From Leucoraja ocellata (Eukaryota): a stretch of DNA of 64,000 nt. Position numbers and translations under genes: made by a program. The stretch lies in NCBI GenBank assembly GCA_036785375.1, contig JAWMAR010000148.1, forward strand, positions 4,960,001-5,024,000, read 5' to 3'. The notes under the pieces were generated by a model. That model searched no databases and had not been told where the DNA came from. It saw only the letters and a list, made by a program, of their open reading frames with translations. Below, piece by piece: positions 36,286 through 47,670 of the stretch (positions within the stretch are counted from its first letter, which is position 1; each line of letters begins with the position of its first letter).

Positions 36286-38529
36286 GTTTGTACTGCTACT
36301 GATAAAATGTTATTGGTCAGTGTAAGATCTTATTCAGCGCGTGAAGTAATATGTCAACCGCTGACTGTATTAGCTTTAATGAAGCACATTAATAGTGAGA
36401 TGAGAAATGTAGCCCCTAGGTTCAGTCAATACAGAATTTATTCCAACATCCAAAAACATGCATTACTTTACCAGGGGAGTGATTTCTTAAAATACTCAGT
36501 ATTTGTAAATATACGCCACTAGCAGTAAGAACAGGGGACAGCATACAACTCAAGACACTGTAGATGCTGGAATTTTGAACAAAACACAAAGTGCAGGTCG
36601 AACTCAGCGGGCAGGGACTTTTCTTCAGACTTCCTCCATCACAAAAATGGTCCCGACTCAAAATGCCGTCTGTCCATTTCTGCCCACAGCCACTGAGTTC
36701 CTCCAAAACAAATTTTAGCATAAAATCGAATTATGTTTTTAAGCAACTTGTGGAAAATAGTTAATCTAAAAACATTTAAATTATTTAAGAAGTGGGGCGG
36801 GCATAACGATCAGGTTTACTAAATCACTAGATAATTACGCTCGCTCTTATTCTAAACTCTCTCACCATTTGGGAATTAATTTGGCTCTTAAACATTTTCC
36901 AGGATTTCACTTATGTGTGAATAATTTCCAAATACATACAGTAGAACTTTAATAATCTGGTATGCTTGGGACTTTGAAAATGCTGGACTAGCAAATTTTA
37001 ATGTTGCTTTTTTCACACGTTACATCATGGTACAATCTAATGAGTGAGATTAAAGGGAGTTTGAAATTTACTTGTACTCCAGATTCTTTTCCAGTCTTCA
37101 AGCCAATCCATGTTTTTGACCCAGGGCGTTTTGGACCCAACCCCTTGCTCCAACCACGCACATTGTACTGACTCCAGATTACAATCTGGAACAAAATTAT
37201 ACTATACATTTTGTATTTATTTTTCAAGGAGTTAGCATTTGTACTCTCTTGTGCTACTCACCTAACAATAAAAGTGTGCCAAGTTATTATTTTTTTCTAT
37301 GGCCTCCTTTCTTTTCAGCTGACGTTCACTTCTTAAGACTGAGAAAGTGGATGGAAATAATTTGATACTTTGTTTATCTGGACATTACATTGTCTTTGAT
37401 GAGGTAGCGAAGAATAGGTTACTTAGCCCGATGGTGTAATGGAGTAGGAATTTGTGACACTAGGATTCAGTTGCACCACCATGATGCTGTGGTAAATGTA
37501 TAGGGTTTAGCCCAGAGGCATGGCGAGGTGTCACCCAGAGGTCAGTTGCTATTTACCCATCTTTGTGATTTGGATAATATTAATGTGAGAACTGTCCATA
37601 AGTTGGGAAATAAAATCAATGTCAAAAAACCTTGTATCCTTACAGCATCAAAGATATAATGACAGATATATTTAACAGATAAATGTAGTGGTGACAAACA
37701 ACACACTTTTTTGATTGCCAATAAAAGCTGTGGATAGATTTGGATATTATTAGGAACAGAACATTAAATATTCATCACCAATTAGAAATTGTAGCTAATG
37801 TTAGCAAGGTGTTGGGTTTAATTTTTTAAGAACAATGTAGAATGAATCGAAGAACACCATTTTGTCAGGCTTTCAGTTAGTTCCAAGGACTAGACTGCCC
37901 ACTTTTGGTTCTTCAGTTTAATGGTTGAGTTTATTGTCACGTGTACTGAGGTACAGTGGAAAGCTTTTGTTGCGAGTTATCCGATCAGCAGGAAGACAAT
38001 ACATGATTACAATCGAGACATTTACAGTCTATGGATACATGACAAGGGAATAACTTTTAGTGCAAGGTAAAGCCAGCAATGTCCGATCAAGGATAGACTG
38101 AGGGCCACCTCTGGATGACTATCTCTTTGGTGAGCCATGAGAATAATTCTTGGGTGAAATGTATCTTGGTTAATTAGATGACATTACAGTGCATGTGTCA
38201 AGGCTGGGAAACAGGTAAATTGTTTCACACTTAGATGAGTTGAGATTCTGAATAGTATTCAATCGCTTCCAATCAACAGTGAAGGTTGTGTGTATTGAGT
38301 GAGAACAGACCTAGCATGGTACAACACCCTCCACACTTGAATACGTGTCCTAATCTAATGTGAACAAGTAGACTATCCTTTTAGTACTGGCAGCAGCCTT
38401 TGGAACATTATCACAAAATGTATCATCGCCTTTAGGAATGACCAAGAGAAAAATAAATAAGAGGGACTTTACCTAACAATAGATAACTAAAAAAATATTT
38501 TAAAATCATGAAGTCAATTTATTATAGAG

Positions 38530-38650
38530 TTTGTACATCTCTCAAGGAAAGAAAGTTAACCTATTTTCTCTACATTATGCAAGACTGAAAAATGAGCTGA
38601 ACCAAAATGGAAAATCACTTGAGTTGGCAAGTAAGACGCTCCTCAAAATG
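38530..38650 (+). CDS. FAM227B: Possible FAM227B penultimate coding exon
   Basis: Open frame LYISQGKKVNLFSLHYARLKNELNQNGKSLELASKTLLKM with donor ATG|GTATGT. It stays in frame only if the distal AG of TATAGAG is used. Confidence 0.45.
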
Positions 38651-38895
38651 GTATGTATGCATTAAAATAACTTCTAATTGTATTCCATTCATTGATACTA
38701 TTTGAGTTCTATTATTCACTTTGTGTAACCGATACATTAAGCTCTATTCTGTAATCACACAATGAAAAATACATCTGTACTCGTCTGATTTTTAAAACAG
38801 TTTATTCCTGTTGAGACATTACCTGCAAAAGTAGGTGTGAGGATAATTCATGTGATCCATGCATGTATCCTTATTAAGTTTAACTTTTTCTGCAG

Positions 38896-38901
38896 GATTA
38901 G
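38896..38901 (+). CDS. FAM227B: Possible FAM227B terminal coding bases (GAT TAG), followed by 3'UTR
   Basis: Strong acceptor TTTAACTTTTTCTGCAG; phase 0 gives Asp-stop; downstream ATTAAA (~39252) and AATAAA (39650). Confidence 0.4.
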   Translation, partial: D

Positions 38902-39715
38902 GAAGTATATTACTAATTTTCAATTACAATATAGAAAGTAAGCATAATACATCCACAATATGTTTACATCTCAAAACCATTTAAAATCCTAAAATGGTTT
39001 ACTTCCGTGGAATGTACAGGTGTCTTCAGAAACAGATTTGTTTTACAGTAGGTAAATAATGCTAAATAATGACTGTACAACTCCTCCCCCTTCTGTTGTG
39101 GGGTAGACCGACTCCCCTTCTCCCCCCCCCTCCCCTCCCCAATCCTGGACTCTCCACTCGTCACTTCAATTTCATGTTGTGTTCTATTGTTGGAGGTCCT
39201 GTCCATGAGATGAGTTGTAGTTTTAGATCCCTATCTTCATATCCAGTTTATATTAAATTGGTAGAAATGTTTCTATAAAATATTCTAGTCTTAATTTTAT
39301 CAGGAATATAAAAGGAGGAACAGTTTGCATATGTTTAAGAACAACATTTCTTTCCTCTCATAATTGTTGTCATTGTTTGTCATTAGACCACATCTGAAGC
39401 TAATAGCGGGCAAAAGAACGAGAATTTGCCCAAGCCGGAAGAGAGAAAGAAACGAGAATAATCTGTACAGATCGGAATCCTTGCATCAATTACAATTTGT
39501 TAAAGCCTCTAGTAAACCACTAAATATTACAACTTATCTTGCTACAAAAACAGCATTTTGAGGAATGGTACCAAGAAAAAAAATTAAAAGGTTATTGCAG
39601 AAATGTTATATTGCGAACAGCCTTATTTTCTTCCAGGAATATGATTTTGAATAAATGCATCCTAATAATACAAACAAAAGGGGGAGAATCTAATTTCCTT
39701 GTTCTGGCACTTTAC

Positions 39716-39923
39716 TTAAACCTCGCGATACACTGCAGCTCCTCCGCCAGGCTGGGTGGCAAACAGATGTTGTGTCTGCTTAGCTGCTCTTTGACCATCA
39801 GCTTTGTAATAGATTTCTTGCACCTTTGCCAGAAAGCTGTCCAGCTTGTTGGTGGGCACCATTGACACGGTGCAGCCACCCCAGCCAGCACCAGTCAGCC
39901 GCGAGCCCACAGCACCAGACCGT
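39716..39923 (-). CDS. GALK2: N-acetylgalactosamine kinase GALK2, last coding exon
   Basis: [23 protein letters not shown]...[16 protein letters not shown], containing the GHMP kinase motif [12 protein letters not shown]; acceptor TGTCATTTCAG; TAA at 39718-39716. Confidence 0.96.
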
Positions 39924-42900
39924 CTGAAATGACAAAGAGTAAAATAAAATTAACCTTCGACAGAAGCTAAACATCACTCTTGCTTCTGGTTTTGTGGGAA
40001 TTCATTTTTAACTGGCTTTTTCTTTTGTGTATTGAGCAAGGATGTTGATGCTTGTGGAATGGAACATGTTTCTCTAATGGGCAGCAGACCATTCAAAGCA
40101 GGCTTTTTATCTTTGCAATTTGTGGCAAAATAAAATCTGATTTTGTTTTTTAAGAAATTGTCAGCTACTGCTTTGAGAGAAAAGTGGAGTTAAAGTTGCA
40201 GATCAGCAATCTTTCCCCTGAAATCTTAGCTCTATTTCTAAGTCCAGGCGAAGGGTTTCAATTCAAACTGTTGAGCGTCCCTCCCAAAGTTTGCTTTTTG
40301 CTTTCTGTCTTAGTTCCAAAGACTGTGACTTGGAAACATTAAATGTATTTTCTTTCCACACATGCCTGACTAGCTTAGTTCTTCCAACATTTGCTATTTT
40401 TTCGTGTCAGAGTGCTATGAATGCTGCCATAGTTTGCATGCTACAAAGGAGATAATTTGCAATTTGAAAGGTTTCCGAATTAATAGCACAATCATTGACT
40501 AGAGGGACAAAGACAGAGGGCATCAGTCTGATTCTGCTCAACAGATCAGTGCCCTACTCCAACCGTTACTTTACTCTGTGCAAGGTGAGTTACATAACAT
40601 AGGAAACTTGCCAACTCTGTTTAAAGTAGTGGATCCATATGACATTATGTCGCGGCAAGGAAACAAATTAATGCCCATCCACTGCAAATGCCAGTCATAG
40701 CCCAGATGCATTAGCAGTTACTCTTCAAGTAGCGTTCATTGTTTTCCAAAAATATAGTTTGGGGTCCTTCATTAAAAGAAAAATGCATATGAAATAGTTA
40801 TGCATTGTTAAGCTACCTAATAATTTGTAATACATCTCACCACTCATCTAAGGACAGAGCCTGTCTTTAACCTGGATCATGTAGCAAATAACAGTCAATT
40901 AGTAGAGTACATTTTTGTAATGTAGAATGACATACATGCCTGGTGTGCAGCTTTTTAGGTTTCCCCGAAACAAAAGCTTCAAAAACGCAGATTATCTTTC
41001 AAAAGTCGAGCATTCCTCATACTTTGTGTCAATAATCTGCAGGCATTCAGGACTGTGGGAGAGTTTTTCAGGACACCTGACCCTGTGCATAATGTAACTT
41101 TTCCTTTCGGCAGCCCATATTTTGTTTCCCTGACTTGAGGAAACCAAATTAATATCGCTCAAACGTAAGAAGAACAATGCACCTTTCTGTCTGGGCCTGT
41201 TATTTATTACATTTTTGTTTGACGTGATAAAAAGATACTTATTTAAACATGGGGCAGATTTAACTTGGAGACTGCTTTCTTACACAGTGTGCTTCCATCT
41301 GAATTACTAGAGATATCTTAATATTTGATCATTAATAAAGCCTGAATTTTTAACCTGATATTTGTACTGGTGTATTATTTGGAATTTCTGACCTAGATTC
41401 CTGAGCTCTGGAACATGATAATTTCTTACAATAAAACCAACAGAACACAAATGTATACTCAACAAAACATTCTCACAGACTGTGACCTCTTCATAAATTA
41501 AAGAATAGCTATAGAGTAATTAACCGCCTGCCTGTAATACAGTGTACTGAATAATCAGCTATCTTGAAATGTTGTTTGCAGCTGCTAGTATAGTTCAGCC
41601 CTTGCACACAAAGCTAGCTTGCTGGAAGGTGCACATTGGAGCTAACTTAAAACGACAACCAAACTGAAAACCATTTGGGAAAAAAAAAGACTTCATAAAG
41701 TTGTAAAGGAAATATATACAATGGCCCTTGTCAATGTTTTCAGAAAGTAGGGGAGAATTGTTCATCAAACATGATCTTGCATGAAAATGCTTCCTGTTGG
41801 CAAATGTAATAGCTGACAGAAGGGACACAACTTAATGTGGACAGTATTTTCCCATCGGTCTGTTCCACACTTATTCTCAACCGTTCTAACCTTTACAAAG
41901 AAAGAATTTTGCAGTGAATTTCAATACTGTGGGATATGGGTTTAAGCTGTAGCATGCAATGCTAAACCTTTTCTGCACATTAAATTTCACTTGAACTATT
42001 AACTTGTCCAAACTTCCTGAAATAATCTACAATCTAAATAAAAATCAGATTTTTCTAGCATGTTCAAATGACAATCCATGTCCCAAATTTGCAAGACCAG
42101 CTCCCATTCATATACAGTAAGTGCTTTCTCCAACCCTGATACCCTATGACTTGCCTTCCACAGCCATCTGTGGGAATGAATTCCATGGATTCACCGCCCT
42201 CTGGAGATAAAGATGAATTTCTTTAGCCATTCTAAAGCTACATCCCTTTATTCTGAGGCTGTGTTCTCTGTCGCACATTCACCCACTACTGGAAACATGC
42301 TCTCCACATCCATTCTATCTAGGCCTGTCATTATTTGGTAGGTTTCAACAGGCCCAGAGCCTTCAAATGCTCCTCACTTTTAACCCCCTCTGGACCCTCT
42401 CCAATGCCAACAGTCAATTAAACTGGCAATTCCATGAAGGAAACACCATATGATTAGATTTTTCTGTGTAAAAACGGAGTATATTTTGAATAAAAATGCA
42501 TTTATTACTTTCCTTCTGTGAAAGATTATTTTACATATATCTCACTCATTTCAGTAATTGTATTGCCAATCCACAGAACTGAAATTGGTGAAATCTTTCC
42601 TAATAAACGTAAAATAGTATAGAGCAAATAACCAATTCATTGCCTTCCATTGAATGCTAATATTTCTGTTCTATTTTTACAAACTATCTTTGCTTCAAAT
42701 ATAATTTTCAGATTGGCTTCAAAACTAAAGTGCTGTGGTTACATTGACATTAAACAGACATACTCCAGGATTATGCTCTGAATGTCATGTCTAAATTACT
42801 CCTTCAATAAACTCAGATAGCATTACGCCTTGTGGTTACTCTAATTGTTGGCTATAAACAGAGTTTGGATTTTGTTATTTTGATGCCATGGAAAATGTGA

Positions 42901-42970
42901 AACAATATATTCCTAAGTAGAATGAACGTATAATCAAATCATTTAGGTCTTACTCTTTTGGAAAACTTAC

Positions 42971-43172
42971 AGGCAGACATCCACCAGTTGATCAAGTTCT
43001 GGACAGCTGCATTCGTACATATCCCGGCAGCTGAGATGACTCTGATTCATCAGGTCCCCCAGCAGTTGCAATGCATTGGCAGGTGTCTCATCACAAACTC
43101 TCTTGAATTCGACAACACGTCGGGCTTCACTGTAAACATGCTTCGCACGCTGATAAAGTTTAAATGATGGCA
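42971..43172 (-). CDS. GALK2: GALK2 coding exon
   Basis: [27 protein letters not shown]...[31 protein letters not shown]; 202 nt with AG and GTAAGT boundaries; phase 1 to 2 fits both neighbours. Confidence 0.97.
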
Positions 43173-44377
43173 CTGAGTAAAAAAGACAATACACTTATCA
43201 ATGAAAAATATCTTCAATTAACATGTTCATTAAATCATAGATGAATGCAAATACAACTGAAATTAACAATGCAGTTCAAATCACCACTGGAGCTGAAATT
43301 ATGACTTTGGCTGGCAATGTTCTCTTCCAGTTATGCGTCGTTATTTCAAAGAAAAATTCATTGAAATGTGTTGCTTCTTTATGATCATCTTCCCCTTCTG
43401 TAATAAATTCCAGCAGTCAAAACTCCGTTGGTACTTTGTGAATTTACAGCTTTAATGCAGAGATAAGAAGCCTCCACTTAAAAGAAATGACAACTTTAAT
43501 ATTTATTGAAAGTTCATAATTTGAACGACATAGTTTCTGATTTGTAAGGTTGAAGCTGACCCAGAACATTCAATTCTCTCAATATAATATAACAATGTGA
43601 TATAGATGAGAATATGTTCAGTCACAAGTGATCAGTGTATTACAATGAAACAAGAATGGTTTCTGGTTAGACTGCAATTTAACGCTGTGAACTATTTAAT
43701 TTGTACGAATTAAATTCTAAGCAATAACCAGAACAACATTTGCTACTTTCAATACTTGTATCTCACTGGAAGAGATTAAATAAATAACACCATGTATAGG
43801 TCAATGTACTTACATTGAAAATGAAAGATCTACACTTTATGCATACAGGTTTATTTAGATTATGGAAAAGGATGAGTGAAAGACTGGTCTGCACATAGAC
43901 CAGCTGGGCAGTACAGCAAGATGTGATGAATTTCATGTTAAATGGAGATGCAATTGAAGACAGAAATCCTGCAACAGCAAAGTACTGTATCTTAGCAGGA
44001 CCAGCAATGTGGGATCCACACATTAGAAAACGCTACTGATCGCATCAATATACGTCATCAAGGACGGGCTGTTTCATTTAAATAGTTCAGAAGATATTTA
44101 CCTGCCACTCAGGGTAACTTACATACGCAAATTACTGAAGACATCAACAGCTAAGACATCTAATTGCTCCAGAGAATGCTGGACACACACACAATACAAT
44201 TAGAAACATAAATGACTGGTGATCATTATGCAAGAGGCTATCACCTATCTCAAGGGACCTCAGTTTCTTAAAATGTACAGAAATTACTCAGATGAAGATC
44301 AGGTGACTTGGGTGGGATGACTAACGCAAACATTTACCATAAAACAATAATGATCCCAAATACATATTTAGGCTTTA

Positions 44378-44383
<6 letters not shown>

Positions 44384-44410
<27 letters not shown>
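44384..44410. repeat. (TA)n microsatellite
   Basis: About 13 TA units. Confidence 0.9.
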
Positions 44411-44413
<3 letters not shown>

Positions 44414-46813
44414 TATGTAGACATGAATAATATAGAATGAATGGATCCTCCAGGATCTAGTGAAAACAAGAACTACAAGTTTAATGACCAACAATCTTAA
44501 GATGCACGGGGCACAGTCTGGTCATTGCTGCAAAATCCTTCCCCATCACCAACTCAAAATTGTCAAAGTGGGAAATGCAGGCGGAATAGTCGACAATAGC
44601 CTGGCAGTTAGTTAACATTTCAGGTTAACCCAAAACTGTTTCAACCCGAAACGTCTCCTGTCCATTCCCTCCACAGGTACTGCCTGACGCTCAGAGTTCC
44701 TGCGCACTTTGCTTTCCGTTCAAGTTTCCCACATCTGCAGTCTAATGTCTACAGTCTGACAGTCAGTGGAATCAAGACCTGGAGCAGTAGTCGAAGCAGA
44801 TGCAATAGAAACATTTCAAATGACATTTAAAATTAATTTGCCCGGGTACATGAATAGGAAAGGTTCAGTGGGACATGGACAAATGAGACTGGCTTAGATG
44901 GGGCATCTTCATTGGCATAGACACATAAAAGGGCCCTTTGGCCCAACATGCTGTATTACTCAATGACACTATGATAACATTGAGTATATCATATTTCACT
45001 GATATGGCAGAACCCCAAAGGTAGGAGCACAGAGATGGCCAGGAGGAGGCTAGTGTCTCTAGAAGCTTCCAAAATTAACTCCAGACTCCACAAAGTCTCA
45101 TAGATCCAGACCAAACACAGACAAGGAAATGATCTAATGATTCACAATTCTTCCAATCCGTCTATGGGTATTCCTTAAAATTATTTTCACGGAAAGCAGA
45201 AAAATAAATCATCATGGTTGATTTAAATGGCAAAATGTCTCAAAAATCCGCTGCATGGAACTTGGGAAAACCCTTGCATCTGAAATTAGTTATTTTCAAA
45301 ACATAAACAGATTAAATGCCTGGTGATGTAAATATACACAAAGAAAATAAAATTCTTGGCTATGATCGTTCGCAACCTCAGGACATCCCATAGCTCTTTA
45401 AAGATAATTAAGCACTTTTAAAGCACAACGGTATTGCAGCAAATGTGGCAGCTAATTTGCACAGAAAACTTACACAAACAGAAGGGGGATAACAACTTTG
45501 GAGAGTACTTCGACTGTCATTGATCAAAGGTGACGGGGGAAGAAAGGGAGATGGGCTATGGATATAGGGAGTAAAAGAGTGAAAGAAAATGAGAGGGACA
45601 GTGAGAGAGTGTGAGAGAGGAGAGCAGGGTTATCAAGCCTAGAAGGCCACATCTATCACAGTTTGGAGAGATACCACCTCCTACCTGACTTTGATAACCA
45701 GAGTCTTCAGATTTTCCATGGGATCTTTAATAGTCTGAAAGGCTGACTGAGAATTTTTATTACTAGTTTTGTGTCTAGGTTGCTGCTTCTGTGGAGGTCA
45801 AGGTAACCTTGACTCCCAATGTCCTTGTTGCGAGATCTTTCAATCTATTGATGGCTGTTTTCAATGCACTGACAGAGCCTCCAATGATGAAATCTCTCCT
45901 TATTTCAGTCTTAAGTGGACTAACTCTTACTTTGAGAGAATGATTACCTATTTTTGATTCCTCAACCAGGTGTACACCCTTCCCAGGAGTGTGCAAGGAG
46001 TGCAGATGCACGTGTGGACACTTGTGAGTGTAAGAGAGAACATGGCAGCATGAAGGATTGATACCTATATGGCTGTTGTGCTCATGTTCACAAATGTGGT
46101 CAGATCATGAAACTTCTTCCCGCACTGATCCATTGTCATGGGTTCTCAGTGCAGGCAATGACTCTGTTAGACATCTCCTACCATGTCTTGCTAGTTGACA
46201 CATATCAGGGTCTCTCATCCCTTCTTGTGCACAAGATCTCCCTCCTGGGTCTCAATCTCTGCCTTAATGTCCAGATGGGTGAAGGAGGTGCATACTCCAT
46301 CTCCACCATAGCTCTCTTTCCTCCACTGTCACCATCATGGTCTACTGCTGTGTGGATGCCAAGGGAAATGTACCATTAAGGGCTTATGCCCTCCACAGTA
46401 ACGTAGTACCCCTGATGCTAAATTGGATGAGGCTCCTTCGGGAATGGCAAATTCTGAATGATTCTGGTACAAACTATGGCATTGAGTTTTTTCCCCATTG
46501 AAGAAAATTGGTTTTGGCCAATTTCGCGCAGATTTCTCAGGAGAAAATTGCAGGAAGTGGAGGGCAGTTGCAGGGGAGAAGAGGCCCATGCATTAGGGTG
46601 GTTTCCAATTCTGGCATCTGCTTTTGAAATATTTCATGGAACAATAGAAATGAGGAGCAGGATTAGGCTATTTGTTTCTTTGAGCCCATTCTACTATGAC
46701 TGATCATTCAGTTTTGTTAACACTGATCTCAGGCACATATATTATTAAACCTTTTAGTTGCTCATTTATATCTGGAAAACCCTGTGTTTATCAGGGAAGA
46801 ATGGGAATACTAA

Positions 46814-47097
46814 AGCCCCTGTCCCACGATGCGAGTGCTCTCCCGAGTTAAAAAAAAATCAAACTCATGGTACTTCCTCACGAGTATTTTTTTTCCTCTT
46901 GGAAACTTTTCACACAGTTGAAAAAACTTCACGAGTTTCCGCGTTTCCAGAGTACCTGCCGTTAGCATTACGAGGCGCTACGAGACATCCACGAACTCCG
47001 ACGTTCCCGCTACGAACATTCTACATACTTACCATGAGTGAATTTTTTTTAAACTCGGGAGAGCTCTTGGGTAAACTCGCATCGTGGGACAGGGCCT
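46814..47097. mobile_element. Complete non-autonomous PIF/Harbinger-type MITE
   Basis: TIRs AGCCCCTGTCCCACGATGCGAGT and ACTCGCATCGTGGGACAGGGCCT (1 mismatch), long subterminal inverted arms, TAA duplication at 46811-46813 and 47098-47100. Confidence 0.88.
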
Positions 47098-47515
47098 TAA
47101 CTAAGAACAGTGGAGACACAAGAAACAGTAGATGATGGAATCTTGAGCAAAAAACAAACTGCTGGAAGAACTCAAGCGGGTCAGGCAGCATCTGTGGAGG
47201 GAATGGACAGCTGGTGTTTGGGGTCCGTATCCTTCTTCAGACTAATTAATTTGTGGGGGAGAAAACTGGAAAAGGGAGCAGGGAAAGGCAAATACGATAT
47301 ATCGATTGGCAGAAGGATGGAGATAATGACAAAGACCGAAAGGAAATGAGGTAAGGTATGAGGTAAGGAAAGAGAAGTGAAATATAAAGCCAAAGGGTGG
47401 GATATGGGTGGAACTGAACAGGATGGAGGGGAAAGAGGAGGATAACAAGAAAATATGGAATTCGGGGAAGGGAGATGAGGGCAGAGTAGAAAAATGAGCT
47501 TGGTAACTTTGGTAG

Positions 47516-47670
47516 ATACAAAATGCTGGAGTAACTCAGTGGGACAGGCAGCATCTCTGGAGAAGGAATGGGTGACGTTTTGGGTCCAGACCCTTCTTCA
47601 GACTGAGTTACTCCAGCATTTTGTATCTACCTTCAATTTAAACCAGCATCTGCAGTTCTTACCGACACAT
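47516..47670. repeat. Short inverted-repeat element with 16-bp TSD
   Basis: TTGGTAACTTTGGTAG at 47500-47515 and 47671-47686. Confidence 0.85.

Noticed and set aside
37319-37403. Plus-strand exon-like segment with a strong acceptor
   Set aside because: Stop codons in all three frames, immediate in the frame required by FAM227B; weak donor.
47572-47603. Active hammerhead ribozyme at this copy (also 47211-47243 and 57557-57587)
   Set aside because: Core substitutions: GAAA is changed to AAAA or CAAA, or CUGAAGA to CUGAAGG with a mismatched stem II. These are best treated as decayed copies.
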